Source of the DNA: Deltaproteobacteria bacterium
GTDB taxonomy: Bacteria; Myxococcota_A; Polyangia; HGW-17
Reading direction: 5' to 3'
Length of the DNA: 64,000 nucleotides
Assembly: GCA_016937155.1 (NCBI GenBank)
Contig: JAFGWM010000032.1
Span: forward strand, 11,902 to 75,901
A program made the position numbers and the translations under genes. Below, one piece after another: positions 30,824 to 40,607 of the stretch (position 1 is the first letter of the stretch; each line of letters opens with the position of its first letter). The notes under the pieces were generated by a model. That model saw only the letters and a list, made by a program, of their open reading frames with translations, ran no database searches and had not been told where the DNA came from.

Positions 30824-32097
30824 TTACCCTTCACCAGTAAGAGAATTATAATTATGATTATTATGAAAACAGTGGCTCCGATCATCATATAAATATACTT
30901 CATAAGATCCGCTGTCTTTGGTTCTTCAACAGGGGGCTCCTTAATTTGATTGATGAGATTATCTGTTTTTATGTCAACTTCCTCATCCATGTCAGAATCA
31001 TCAATATCCAGTTCCAGTTCCATAACTTCTTGAAGATTAAAGTCTTTTTTTACAATGGTATCAAAGGATTCGTGTCTTCCGCTATCCTGAGGATTCATAT
31101 TAAAATCAAGTGTTGATGCAACACGGGAAATATCCATTTCCGCCTGAAATTCATCCGGAAAAATTCTTTTCATAAGATCAGATAATTCCTGAGGCTTAAA
31201 TTTATAGGGTTCTAAAAGTCTGTCTATATCTTCCGAAAATTCTCTGGCTGTCTGGTATCTGTCTTCACGTTCTCTGGCAAGAGCTTTCATAACAACAGCA
31301 TCAAGTTCAGGGCTTATTCTTCTGTTGATTGATGATGGAGGATTAATCTCGGATTTCCGAACTTTCTCCATCAGAACAGTTTCACTTTCGCCCTTAAACA
31401 GTCTCTCCATTGTCAGCATTTCGTACAGAATAATACCGAGGCTGAAAATATCAGTTCTTCCATCAAGTGGAAGTCCACGAATCTGCTCCGGTGACATATA
31501 ACTGAATTTTCCCTTTAATGTGCCTATTTCAGAAGTAAAGCGTGCTTTTGTTTTAGCAATTCCAAAGTCAATAAGTTTAACATCTCCGTCATAGGCAACT
31601 CTTATATTTGATGGGCTTACATCACGATTAACTATGTTGAGAAGTTTTCCCTCTTCATCCTTGAGATTGTGGGCATAATCAAGTCCCTTTGCTGCCTCAG
31701 AGGTTATAAAAAGAGTCACTGGAATTGGAATACGCTGACCATTTAGCTGAACTTTCCTGAGAATGTGATTAAGATCTTTTCCACAGATGTAATCCATAGT
31801 GAAATAACAGGTGTTTCTGTACCTTCCACCTTCATATGTTTTGACAATATTGGGATGGTCGAGCATACTTGCCAGTTTCCCCTCAGCCATGAACATATCA
31901 ACATACTTTTGTTCTCTTGCCAGTCTATTGCGCATGCATTTAAGAGCAATCATCTTATCCTCTTTCATACGCTTGGCTCTGTACACTTCAGCCATTCCAC
32001 CTTTGGCTACAAGACCCAGCATCAGATATTTTCCGAACATTGCAGGATTTTCAGGTGATCCAGGATCCAGTGCTAAGGAATCTGCTTTTTTAGTCAT
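30820..32097 (-). CDS. Hanks-type Ser/Thr protein kinase with C-terminal TM anchor
   Basis: KGGMAEVY, ALK, NRDVSPSN, DFG, GKFSYMSPEQ (myxobacterial-type); C-terminal hydrophobic helix. Confidence 0.93.
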   Translation of the reverse strand: MTKKADSLALDPGSPENPAMFGKYLMLGLVAKGGMAEVYRAKRMKEDKMIALKCMRNRLAREQKYVDMFMAEGKLASMLDHPNIVKTYEGGRYRNTCYFTMDYICGKDLNHILRKVQLNGQRIPIPVTLFITSEAAKGLDYAHNLKDEEGKLLNIVNRDVSPSNIRVAYDGDVKLIDFGIAKTKARFTSEIGTLKGKFSYMSPEQIRGLPLDGRTDIFSLGIILYEMLTMERLFKGESETVLMEKVRKSEINPPSSINRRISPELDAVVMKALAREREDRYQTAREFSEDIDRLLEPYKFKPQELSDLMKRIFPDEFQAEMDISRVASTLDFNMNPQDSGRHESFDTIVKKDFNLQEVMELELDIDDSDMDEEVDIKTDNLINQIKEPPVEEPKTADLMKYIYMMIGATVFIIIIIIILLLVKGK

Positions 32098-32195
32098 TTT
32101 GTTAGATAACTCCTGAAGGTGGTGAGAGAATAATTTCGGACACTATAGGACATCGCTTCAATGTGTTCCAGAAAAAATATTTCATAGTTTTAAAT

Positions 32196-34628
32196 TTATC
32201 TGTACCGCTTATGAAACCAGTTCAACCAGTTGAATCTCATTTTTTCAAATGAAAGGGAATCCATTCCTGAAAGATTCAAAGCTTTTTCCATGAATTTTTT
32301 TTCAGAAAGCGGCATCTCGATAGCCCTGACATTACCCGTAGATGAATGAAGTTTTCCTGATTTATTCAGTCTGACTAAAGAGGTGTGGGTATCAATAACT
32401 GCACTTCTCAGGAGGATACTCAGAAGTTTTTTCCTTTTTGTCGCAATGTCCGGTCGAAAATTTATTTTATTTTTAATTTCAAACGGGTTTGTATAAAAGA
32501 CCGCGTTTTTATTTGAATAAAGCTTACTGTTGACAGGTAATCTTGGAATTGATTTCTTTACGGGTCCCTGCTTTGAACCTGGAGGAAGAATAAATATATT
32601 CTGGCCTTCTCCGAGAATGAATTCAACAAACTTTTCTGCCAGCTCTTTTCTTGGTGAAAATCTGAGAACACTAACCGGATCAGGTGTGAAAACAGCTGTT
32701 TCCGGGGGAAGAATAAAAATCATTTTCTGAGTCAGGGAAGCATCAGATTCAGTTTTCCAAAGGAAGTATAGAAAATCAATGAGTATCCCACAGACTGCAT
32801 TTTTATCTTCGACTAAATGATGCATAATTCCACTGGAACTTCTGAGGAAGTGTCCGGAAATATTCGATGAAATTCCTGTTATTACTTCCCATCCCTTTTT
32901 CCATCCTAAAGACTGGAGGATCATTTCATAGATCATTAGAGTGGATGAAGATAGAGTAGGATCAGCACTTACCAGTGAATTAAAAAATGTTCTTTTTGAA
33001 AGATCAGTCCATGATGCCGGAAGTCTGATTTTTTTCGCCGCCAGTTTTTCCTTGTTACAGACAATGCCGAATCCACTTAGTGCAGTGGCAAACCATTTTT
33101 TCTGAGGATCTATCAGATTGATTCCCTGAAGAGTAGATGGAATATTCTCAGTAATTTGAGGGTCCGGATTAATTTTGACTGAACATGATTTTTTTTCTCC
33201 GTTTATGGAAACACAGTTTGAAGATGCAAGTTTGCGATGGAGCTGCTGGCCACCTCCAAGCATTACATCAACCATTTTGTTCGGATTTTTCTTTGTGGAA
33301 GACAACCTCATTCTTAGAAGAAAAAGTTCATCCTTGCTGGTAACCCATTTGATTGAAACATTTCTGCCAAATTTACGGTTCATGTATCTTTTAAAACCCT
33401 CTTCATATTCGGAATTAAGATCTGGCGGGTGGGCACTTAGCACATGAAGTGTTTCAATATTAAGATTTTCAACTTTATCTGTTTCGATCTTTTCAGATTT
33501 TTTTTGATTGGCATAAAAGTATATACCGATTCCAAGTAATGCAGTAATTCCCATAAAGAGAATAGGACCAAACCAGGTTTTGCGGTTTTTTGGTTGAGGC
33601 TCCGAATTAATATCAAATAGAACCTGCCTGATTTCCATATTCAGGGATGAAGCACTTTCAAATCTTTCAAATGGTTCTTTGGAAAGACAACGAAAAATAA
33701 TATCAGCCAGTTTTTTATCAATGCCATGCTCATCAGAAATAGCAGGAGGTGGATCCTTTAAATGACCACTTATAACATCCATTGGAGTGGTGCCTAAAAA
33801 TGGTTCATGACCTTTAAAACATCTGTATAAAATAACACCAAAACTATAAATATCACTGGATGTTGTAATATCCCTTCCTCTGCACTGTTCAGGTGACATA
33901 TATAGCGGTGATCCCTTGATGACTCCCTGAACAGTCTGATTGTTGGTGTATCCCTCTTCCTTGAATTTTGCTATTCCAAAATCAAGTAGTTTTACATGAA
34001 AATCTCCATGGGAATTTCGCCCAAGAAAAATATTTTCAGGTTTAAGATCTCTGTGAATAATATTTTTTTTATGAGCAGCATCCAGTGCAAGTAAAATCTG
34101 AGGAAGAATCTCGTATGCTTCCGTATAACTCAACGTTGAATGTTTTTTGAGAAAATCTCCAAGATTTTCTCCTTCAAGAAGTTCCATTACAAAGAAAAAA
34201 TTGCCTGATGGCAGTTGTCCAAAAGAGAAAATATCAATGATATGTTCAGAGCGGATTTCATTTGCCGCCTTTGCTTCATTTTTAAAAGCCTGTACAATAT
34301 CAGTATCTTTACTGTATTTGGTTTTTAGTACTTTAACAGCAACTTTTTTCCCTATAATGGGATGTTCTCCGCTGTAGACCCAACCCATTCCTCCTTTTCC
34401 AATGATTCCGGTAATAATATACTCTCCTGCCATTTGTCCTATAAGATTTTCAGGGATGTTACTCAGGGAATCAGGTTTGATTATATCTTCCTGATTATCC
34501 GGAGAAATATTTTTACCGGACACCGGCATTTTTAGAGTTGATGAAGTGGCAATATCCTGTCCGCAAAAACCACAGAATTTAGCATTGTTTTCATAGGAAC
34601 GGCCACATTTGAGGCATTTTTTCGTCAT
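32196..34628 (-). CDS. Ser/Thr protein kinase fused to an extracytoplasmic solute-binding domain
   Basis: Zinc ribbon CLKC/CGFC; kinase GKGGMG, HRDLKPEN, DFG, YMSPE; one TM; C-terminal FbpA/AfuA-like SBP (VDVMLGGG, PASWTDL, ADPTLSSS, AEKFVEFIL). Confidence 0.85.
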   Translation of the reverse strand: MTKKCLKCGRSYENNAKFCGFCGQDIATSSTLKMPVSGKNISPDNQEDIIKPDSLSNIPENLIGQMAGEYIITGIIGKGGMGWVYSGEHPIIGKKVAVKVLKTKYSKDTDIVQAFKNEAKAANEIRSEHIIDIFSFGQLPSGNFFFVMELLEGENLGDFLKKHSTLSYTEAYEILPQILLALDAAHKKNIIHRDLKPENIFLGRNSHGDFHVKLLDFGIAKFKEEGYTNNQTVQGVIKGSPLYMSPEQCRGRDITTSSDIYSFGVILYRCFKGHEPFLGTTPMDVISGHLKDPPPAISDEHGIDKKLADIIFRCLSKEPFERFESASSLNMEIRQVLFDINSEPQPKNRKTWFGPILFMGITALLGIGIYFYANQKKSEKIETDKVENLNIETLHVLSAHPPDLNSEYEEGFKRYMNRKFGRNVSIKWVTSKDELFLLRMRLSSTKKNPNKMVDVMLGGGQQLHRKLASSNCVSINGEKKSCSVKINPDPQITENIPSTLQGINLIDPQKKWFATALSGFGIVCNKEKLAAKKIRLPASWTDLSKRTFFNSLVSADPTLSSSTLMIYEMILQSLGWKKGWEVITGISSNISGHFLRSSSGIMHHLVEDKNAVCGILIDFLYFLWKTESDASLTQKMIFILPPETAVFTPDPVSVLRFSPRKELAEKFVEFILGEGQNIFILPPGSKQGPVKKSIPRLPVNSKLYSNKNAVFYTNPFEIKNKINFRPDIATKRKKLLSILLRSAVIDTHTSLVRLNKSGKLHSSTGNVRAIEMPLSEKKFMEKALNLSGMDSLSFEKMRFNWLNWFHKRYR

Positions 34629-34640
34629 TTAAACGCACAA

Positions 34641-36005
34641 TCAGGAAAGTGTTTTTCCTGTGAATAAAATAAAACCAAGAACCAGTGCAATAGCAGCCGG
34701 TGCAGCAAACCATATTAACGGTCTGAGAATATATCTCAAATATTTTAGTTTTTCACTATTTCGAAAAAGTTCCTTCTCAGTATTCTTTATTCCCCATTTA
34801 AATACAACAAAGAGTATCAGCAGCAATCCACCCAGAGCAAGAGATACGTTTCCGAAAAGAAAATCCATTATACCTAAAAAGCCTGTTTTTTGTCCACCAA
34901 TTGAGATCATGGAAGTAAGTGATTTATTTGCTCCAAGACTGAGAGCACTGGGAATACCTACAATAAAGGTAATGAATGTCACTATTGTTGCAGCTTTTTT
35001 TCTGGGAATCTTATGTTCATCCATAAGGTAGGAAGCCGCCACCTCAAGCAGTGAAATTGTTGAGGTTAGAGCAGCTACGGTGAGGAGGAGAAAAAACAAC
35101 GCCGCAAGTATTCTTCCTCCAGGCAGTTTTGTAAAAAGATCAGTTATAACAACAAAAACCAGACCGGCACCACTCTTTTGTGGTGCTCCACCCAGTACTG
35201 GAAATATGATCAGTCCGGACATCAATGCAATTACAGTGTCAAAAATTACAACGAGAAATCCTGCTTTAACCAGATTTTCTTTCTTCTTCAGGTAACTTCC
35301 ATATGTCATCATTGCTCCCATTCCAAGACTCAGGGAGAAAAAAGCCTGTCCGAGAGCAAAAATAAAAGTTGTCTTTGTGAAATCTGATGATTTAGGAACC
35401 AGATAATATTTGAGCCCTGAGGTGGCCCCCTTAAGTGTCATTGAATAAATAATAAGTCCTGTGAGAAGAAGAAGAAGAATCGGCATGAGAATGGAACTTA
35501 CTTTCTCTATTCCACCCTTGATTCCGGAAATTACTATTCCACCTGTAAGAGCCAGAAAAATATACAGCAACGCAATCTGATGAGGGCCTGATGCAACAAA
35601 TTCACCGAAAAGTTCATTGGTTTTTCCTGATGGAAAACCATGAAAGACAGCCTTAAAAAAATACCACACTGTCCATCCGGCTACCACACCATAGAAGGAA
35701 AGAATACCTATGCCGGTGATAACTGCGAGATATCCCATGAATTTCCAGAATGATCCTGGAGCAATACTCTCCACGGCTCCAACCGGACCCCTTTTTGAAA
35801 ATCTCCCCATTGACAGTTCAAGATACATTACCGGTAAACCAATCAGGAGTACAATTGAAACATATAAAAGAACAAAGGTTCCACCTCCATTTTGCCCGGT
35901 AATATATGGAAATCTCCATATATTACCCAGTCCTATAGCACTACCCGCCGCTGCCAGAATAAAACCAAGCGAGGAATTCCACTGTTCTCTTTTAGGTGCG
36001 CTCAT
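34641..36005 (-). CDS. Sodium-dependent transporter (NSS/SNF family)
   Basis: REQWNSSLGFILAAAGSAIGLGNIWRFPY and GQAFFSLSLG signatures. Confidence 0.95.
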   Translation of the reverse strand: MSAPKREQWNSSLGFILAAAGSAIGLGNIWRFPYITGQNGGGTFVLLYVSIVLLIGLPVMYLELSMGRFSKRGPVGAVESIAPGSFWKFMGYLAVITGIGILSFYGVVAGWTVWYFFKAVFHGFPSGKTNELFGEFVASGPHQIALLYIFLALTGGIVISGIKGGIEKVSSILMPILLLLLTGLIIYSMTLKGATSGLKYYLVPKSSDFTKTTFIFALGQAFFSLSLGMGAMMTYGSYLKKKENLVKAGFLVVIFDTVIALMSGLIIFPVLGGAPQKSGAGLVFVVITDLFTKLPGGRILAALFFLLLTVAALTSTISLLEVAASYLMDEHKIPRKKAATIVTFITFIVGIPSALSLGANKSLTSMISIGGQKTGFLGIMDFLFGNVSLALGGLLLILFVVFKWGIKNTEKELFRNSEKLKYLRYILRPLIWFAAPAAIALVLGFILFTGKTLS

Positions 36006-36165
36006 TTTCTCCTCCCGATTTTGAGCATCCTTTTATCACAAATAAAGTTGTATTATCAATTCCCAAAATGAAAAAATCATTTTTTTGCCTTGTATTACAC
36101 TGATTTTAGTATTAAGTCTTCATTGAATAAAATCGGGTACAATGGTGCCCTTATGGGAGTAGAAT

Positions 36166-36405
36166 ATGACCTCAGAAGATTTAAAAGTCAAAGTACAGGC
36201 AGCACTGGAAAAAGTAAGACCATCACTTCAACAGGATGGTGGAGATGTGGAACTTCTTGAAGTTACCGAGGAAGGCGATGCCAAAGTGAGACTTCAGGGA
36301 CATTGTTACGGTTGTCCCTTTTCTACAATGACAGTTAAAAATCTCGTTGAAAGAGTTGTAAGACAGGAAGTTCCTGAAATTCAGAGAGTAATTAATGTAA
36401 GTTAA
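36166..36405 (+). CDS. NifU C-terminal domain (Nfu-type) Fe-S carrier
   Basis: VRPSLQQDGGDVEL...LQGHCYGCP. Confidence 0.9.
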   Translation: MTSEDLKVKVQAALEKVRPSLQQDGGDVELLEVTEEGDAKVRLQGHCYGCPFSTMTVKNLVERVVRQEVPEIQRVINVS

Positions 36406-36508
36406 GCACTGGTTACGGTATTTTAGTCCGTATTTTTATATGAAATACTTTCTTGACCATATCACTTAACTGGATTTATACTTTCACCAAATTATTTCGG
36501 AGGAAGAA

Positions 36509-36892
36509 ATGAACAGACTGTTAGCCATTGTACTAGTTTCTGTAGTTTTTACATGGGGATGTAGTGATCCGTGTGAGAAAGCAGTCAAAAAAGCTCAGAG
36601 TTGTCTGGAAAAAGAAGGTAAAAAAGAAAACAAAGCTGATCCACCGGTTTTTTTGCAGATTTGTAAACAGAACAGAGATAAATTTAAAAAATGTCTTTCT
36701 ATCAATGACTGTGTAAAATACAGGGAGTGTATCAGCAAAGCTGGAACCGATGAGAAAGCTGAAAAGGAATTGAATAAATCTGATTCTTCCGAAAAGGAAG
36801 AAAAAAAGACGGATAAAGTGGAAGCGAAATCTCCTGAAAAATCTGAAAAAAATACCGAATCTGAACCGAAAAAACCACCTGAGAAGAAGTAA
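36509..36892 (+). CDS. Small Cys-rich lipoprotein with charged tail
   Basis: Lipobox TWGC, six further Cys, K/E-rich C-terminus; GGAGG RBS; TTGACC-N18-TATACT upstream. Confidence 0.7.
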   Translation: MNRLLAIVLVSVVFTWGCSDPCEKAVKKAQSCLEKEGKKENKADPPVFLQICKQNRDKFKKCLSINDCVKYRECISKAGTDEKAEKELNKSDSSEKEEKKTDKVEAKSPEKSEKNTESEPKKPPEKK

Positions 36893-36902
36893 CTGTTCTT
36901 TT

Positions 36903-37958
36903 TTATTCCGTTGATGTTCTGATAAACTTCAAAAGATCCGTAAAATTATTCCGGGGGAGAATTTTATTTATCAGATATGTAATTAGTGGCCCTGTGGTTA
37001 TAATCTGATGATATTTTTCAATGGAAATTTGTTCAAGTACGGTGTTAACTGTTTTATGAATAATATTTTCACTAAGACCTGTTATTATACCGGATCCTGA
37101 CAGGCAATGATGTTTTTCATCTGGAAAATCAACTTTTTCAGCAAGATATTCGAGAATTCGTAATGGAGTCTCTTTAAGTCCAAGATGATTTATCATGGAG
37201 CATTCAGGTATATAGTAAACAGATTCGTTTTTACATCTGACATCATTCCATTTCCAGTGATATCTGTAGAAGAACTCCGAATAATGAATCAGTTCCGGCT
37301 GATTACCTGAATTTTGACCATAAATATTTTTAAACATATATAGATCTTTTTCATCAAGAAAAACAATAAGTTTATATTTTTTCATCCATTCTGTATTTTT
37401 CTTTTTAATGGAATTATATAATTCATATCTTCCGTTAATCCAGTTTTCGTATCCTGAAGAAAAAGGAGTGGAATCAACTAAAGAAATCTTTTCAATTTTA
37501 AAAGTTCTGCAAATGTGCATAAAATCCTCAAGGGCCACCGGATTGTAATTGAGAGTCATGCTGCCAGGAAAAATACCTGTGGTTTGGAAGGTTTTTATTC
37601 CCTGGGGAATATCCTGAAGAAAATTTTCAGGAATCATGTTCTTTTCATCGGAAATCATAAAACTATTTTTTTTTGTATTTATAGATTCCCTTAAGGATAT
37701 CATATTTTTTCCTGTTTTAATTGAATAACAGCAAAATTCTGTACAGTTTCCACAGTTTATACAGAAAGAATAGATTTCTTCTGCGGTTTCAGTTGAAAGT
37801 TGTGAATTGCAAAACAGAAATTGAATTTTATTAAGAGAAGATGGAGAGTGAGAGTGCTTTTTTGTGGCATTAAAAACCGGACAGACAAATCTACAAAGTC
37901 CAGGACAGAGTGAACAAAGTTTCATTGAATTTAAATTGTCTTCGTCTATTTTACTCAT
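36903..37958 (-). CDS. (Fe-S)-binding protein, GlcF/GlpC-like with degenerate CCG domains
   Basis: CSLCPGLCRFVCP and CINCGNCTEFC 4Fe-4S motifs; CCG-like segments have lost cysteines. Confidence 0.75.
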   Translation of the reverse strand: MSKIDEDNLNSMKLCSLCPGLCRFVCPVFNATKKHSHSPSSLNKIQFLFCNSQLSTETAEEIYSFCINCGNCTEFCCYSIKTGKNMISLRESINTKKNSFMISDEKNMIPENFLQDIPQGIKTFQTTGIFPGSMTLNYNPVALEDFMHICRTFKIEKISLVDSTPFSSGYENWINGRYELYNSIKKKNTEWMKKYKLIVFLDEKDLYMFKNIYGQNSGNQPELIHYSEFFYRYHWKWNDVRCKNESVYYIPECSMINHLGLKETPLRILEYLAEKVDFPDEKHHCLSGSGIITGLSENIIHKTVNTVLEQISIEKYHQIITTGPLITYLINKILPRNNFTDLLKFIRTSTE

Positions 37959-38931
37959 CTAAAACCTCGATGGATCTCATAATCTGTGTATTATCATGGG
38001 TGTATTCCTTGAATTCAATTGCCTCATGAGTTCCATGCACACAGTAAATACCTGGTTTAACAATATCATCCATTGTTGCTGATGAAGGTATCAGGTTTCT
38101 TCCAGATAGAAAAACATCTCTTGAATTCCATAGATTTTCTTTTGGATTCTCGAATAGGACATTTCTGAATTTCTGCGCATGGTTTAGTTTTGTTCGTGTA
38201 ACTGCAGTGTTTCCTGTAAAAAAACAGTGAATTTCAATATTACCATTATTGTTCATCACAAGACTGGTAAGAGGTTCCATCTCTGTAGTTGACGCTGTGT
38301 GTATGAGAAATTTTTTAACATCATCCTTTTTTTTTGGATGAACAATCAGTGGTTGAACTGGAGTTTCCAGATGATTTACCCTCAGATAAATATCAGTGAT
38401 AATTCCAAACTTTCCTTTTTTACCAAGGAACAGATCAAAAAAATCAATTCCATAATTTCTTTCAGGAACTACCCGAGAAGTAATGACATCGCCTGAAAGC
38501 ATTATTCCGTTAAATCCGGCAATAACTCCTCTTGGTCCGAAAAACTGGAATCCGGGGAGTGAATATCCATTACTGATAACTTCCCATAATGTCATCTCTG
38601 ATATACCAGGAAAAAAACAATTGAGTGTAAGCCCTTCTTTTCTTAATGTATTTTCAAGAGATCCCAGTTTAACTCCTGTTTGAACCTGAATTATAAGACT
38701 TTTTTTGTCTCTATAAAGGATAGAATCAAGTGCAGTAAGATCAATCAGTAGACCTTCTGAATTCAATGGTTTCTTATGTGTTGCGAGTAGGGGAATATTT
38801 CGTCTGCTGCATTCTCTCATCAATCGAGAAAGTTCAATTGTTGAATCAGGTTTTGCAGTAATTGTTTTGTTGTTAGAAAAAATATCGATATTTTGGAATA
38901 GATTTTTAATGATACTATAAGTTAATTCCAT
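37951..38931 (-). CDS. FAD-binding oxidoreductase subunit (FAD_binding_4, divergent)
   Basis: LLIDLTALD, VQTGVKLGSLENTL, GIDFFDLFLGKKGKFGIIT. Confidence 0.7.
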   Translation of the reverse strand: MELTYSIIKNLFQNIDIFSNNKTITAKPDSTIELSRLMRECSRRNIPLLATHKKPLNSEGLLIDLTALDSILYRDKKSLIIQVQTGVKLGSLENTLRKEGLTLNCFFPGISEMTLWEVISNGYSLPGFQFFGPRGVIAGFNGIMLSGDVITSRVVPERNYGIDFFDLFLGKKGKFGIITDIYLRVNHLETPVQPLIVHPKKKDDVKKFLIHTASTTEMEPLTSLVMNNNGNIEIHCFFTGNTAVTRTKLNHAQKFRNVLFENPKENLWNSRDVFLSGRNLIPSSATMDDIVKPGIYCVHGTHEAIEFKEYTHDNTQIMRSIEVLDE

Positions 38932-40496
38932 TAGAAATTATCCTCAATACTTTTAAACAGTTGTGACGTGAATCCCATATTTCCGGGATTCATAATATTT
39001 TCAGGATCAAAAATCCTTTTTACTGAATTTGAAAGCCAGAAACTATCACTGGTGTCTTTTTTGAAAAAATTGCCTTTTACCCGACCTATTCCATGATGAT
39101 GAGTGATTGTTCCCCCAAGCCTGATTATTTCATCGGCAGCTTCTTTCCAGATTTCCCGGAAAAGTCTAATGGTTTGGTCATAGTCTGATATTACCTGTGC
39201 AAAAGTAAAATAAATGCAGCAGCCATCTTTCCACGCATGACTGAAATGTGCAGTTACAAATGCTTTTCTGGATAAAATATTATTTATATTGTTGTAAATC
39301 TTATCTATTTTGGACCATGTTGAATTTATTTCTATTGTGTCAACAAAAATGCCATTTTTAAAAACACTGGCTCTTTTAAAGGAATAGTTGGCATAGGCTT
39401 CAAACCATTTTTTACCCTGAGAATAGCTGCTTTTTTTAAAATTTATATCTTTACCAATGGATTCTACATATGCGTGGGAAATTGCGTTATCCTCATCAGA
39501 ACCTTCAAATCCAGCGAGCAACAGGTAGTTCTGTTTTATAATGTATGGAAATTTTTTATTTATTATTCCGGACATGGAGTTATAAAATTTGAGTAATCCG
39601 GGAAGAGATTTATGACTCAACTGAGAAAGGGGTGTTACTCCCTTGATGGAATGTAAAATCCTTGATAAATAACCATTATCTAAATCACAATTTCCTGAAT
39701 TCATTGCTATAATTGAAGAAATCGGATCATAAAGTCTGAGAATAGAGGGGAACGTGTCAGTCTGCATAATCCTCTTCATCAGTTCGAAACCATCTTCCAG
39801 TGAATTCAGGTAAATTGCTCTGACTGACATGGTACTTTTTAAGGGTATGATTCGGAGTTTTACTGAAGTAATAAAACCCATTGTTCCTTCACTTCCAATA
39901 ATCAGAGACATATAATTTGTTTCTTGGGAATTTTTGCTGAAATGATATTTTTTACCACATCCTCCTATAAAATTCATCTCCAGACACATATCCTGAATTT
40001 TTCCATATCTGCTTGAGTATACTCCTGCACTTCCAGTGGATAACCATCCACCAGGAGTTGAAATGTTGATACTGGAAGGAATATGACCGATGGTGAATCC
40101 ATGTTTTTTTAGATGAGACATCAATTTGTTACCGGAAATTCCTGCTTCACATGTAACAGTCATATTTTCTGAATCAAAATCAATAATTCTGTTCATTGAA
40201 ACCATGCTGACCTGAATAGTTTTCGACGGAGCGGTAGCACTTCCTGTTACACTTGAAAGTCCACCGGAAGGAACAAGACCAATGTGGTATTTGGAAGCCC
40301 AACTGCATAATTTGGATAATTGTTCTTCATTCTCAGGCCATACCACTGCATCAGGTCCGTGAGGAGGTCTTCCAGTAGTAAATTCAATTGAATTCTGTGT
40401 CCATAAATCATGTCCTTCACATATCAGATCTGTAAGAGAGGTTGAAAATGGAATTTCCAGTTTCTGGAGCTGGTCAGATAAATGTTTCTTGTCCAT
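38931..40496 (-). CDS. FAD-linked oxidase, alkyl-dihydroxyacetonephosphate synthase-like
   Basis: PDAVVWP, GGLSSVTG, GHIPSSINISTPGGW, SSRYGKIQD, GSEGTMG, AHFSHAW...CCIYFTF, THHHGIG, DPENIMNPG. Confidence 0.8.
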   Translation of the reverse strand: MDKKHLSDQLQKLEIPFSTSLTDLICEGHDLWTQNSIEFTTGRPPHGPDAVVWPENEEQLSKLCSWASKYHIGLVPSGGLSSVTGSATAPSKTIQVSMVSMNRIIDFDSENMTVTCEAGISGNKLMSHLKKHGFTIGHIPSSINISTPGGWLSTGSAGVYSSRYGKIQDMCLEMNFIGGCGKKYHFSKNSQETNYMSLIIGSEGTMGFITSVKLRIIPLKSTMSVRAIYLNSLEDGFELMKRIMQTDTFPSILRLYDPISSIIAMNSGNCDLDNGYLSRILHSIKGVTPLSQLSHKSLPGLLKFYNSMSGIINKKFPYIIKQNYLLLAGFEGSDEDNAISHAYVESIGKDINFKKSSYSQGKKWFEAYANYSFKRASVFKNGIFVDTIEINSTWSKIDKIYNNINNILSRKAFVTAHFSHAWKDGCCIYFTFAQVISDYDQTIRLFREIWKEAADEIIRLGGTITHHHGIGRVKGNFFKKDTSDSFWLSNSVKRIFDPENIMNPGNMGFTSQLFKSIEDNF

Positions 40497-40607
40497 AAAG
40501 ACTCCGGCATGGCCATGGCTGATTATTGTGCTTCAATAAGTTTCTGGCCAAAAAATCTATGACGGCTATACTCGCGTCACTCCAAGGGGTACCTGTTTGG
40601 TGATAAC

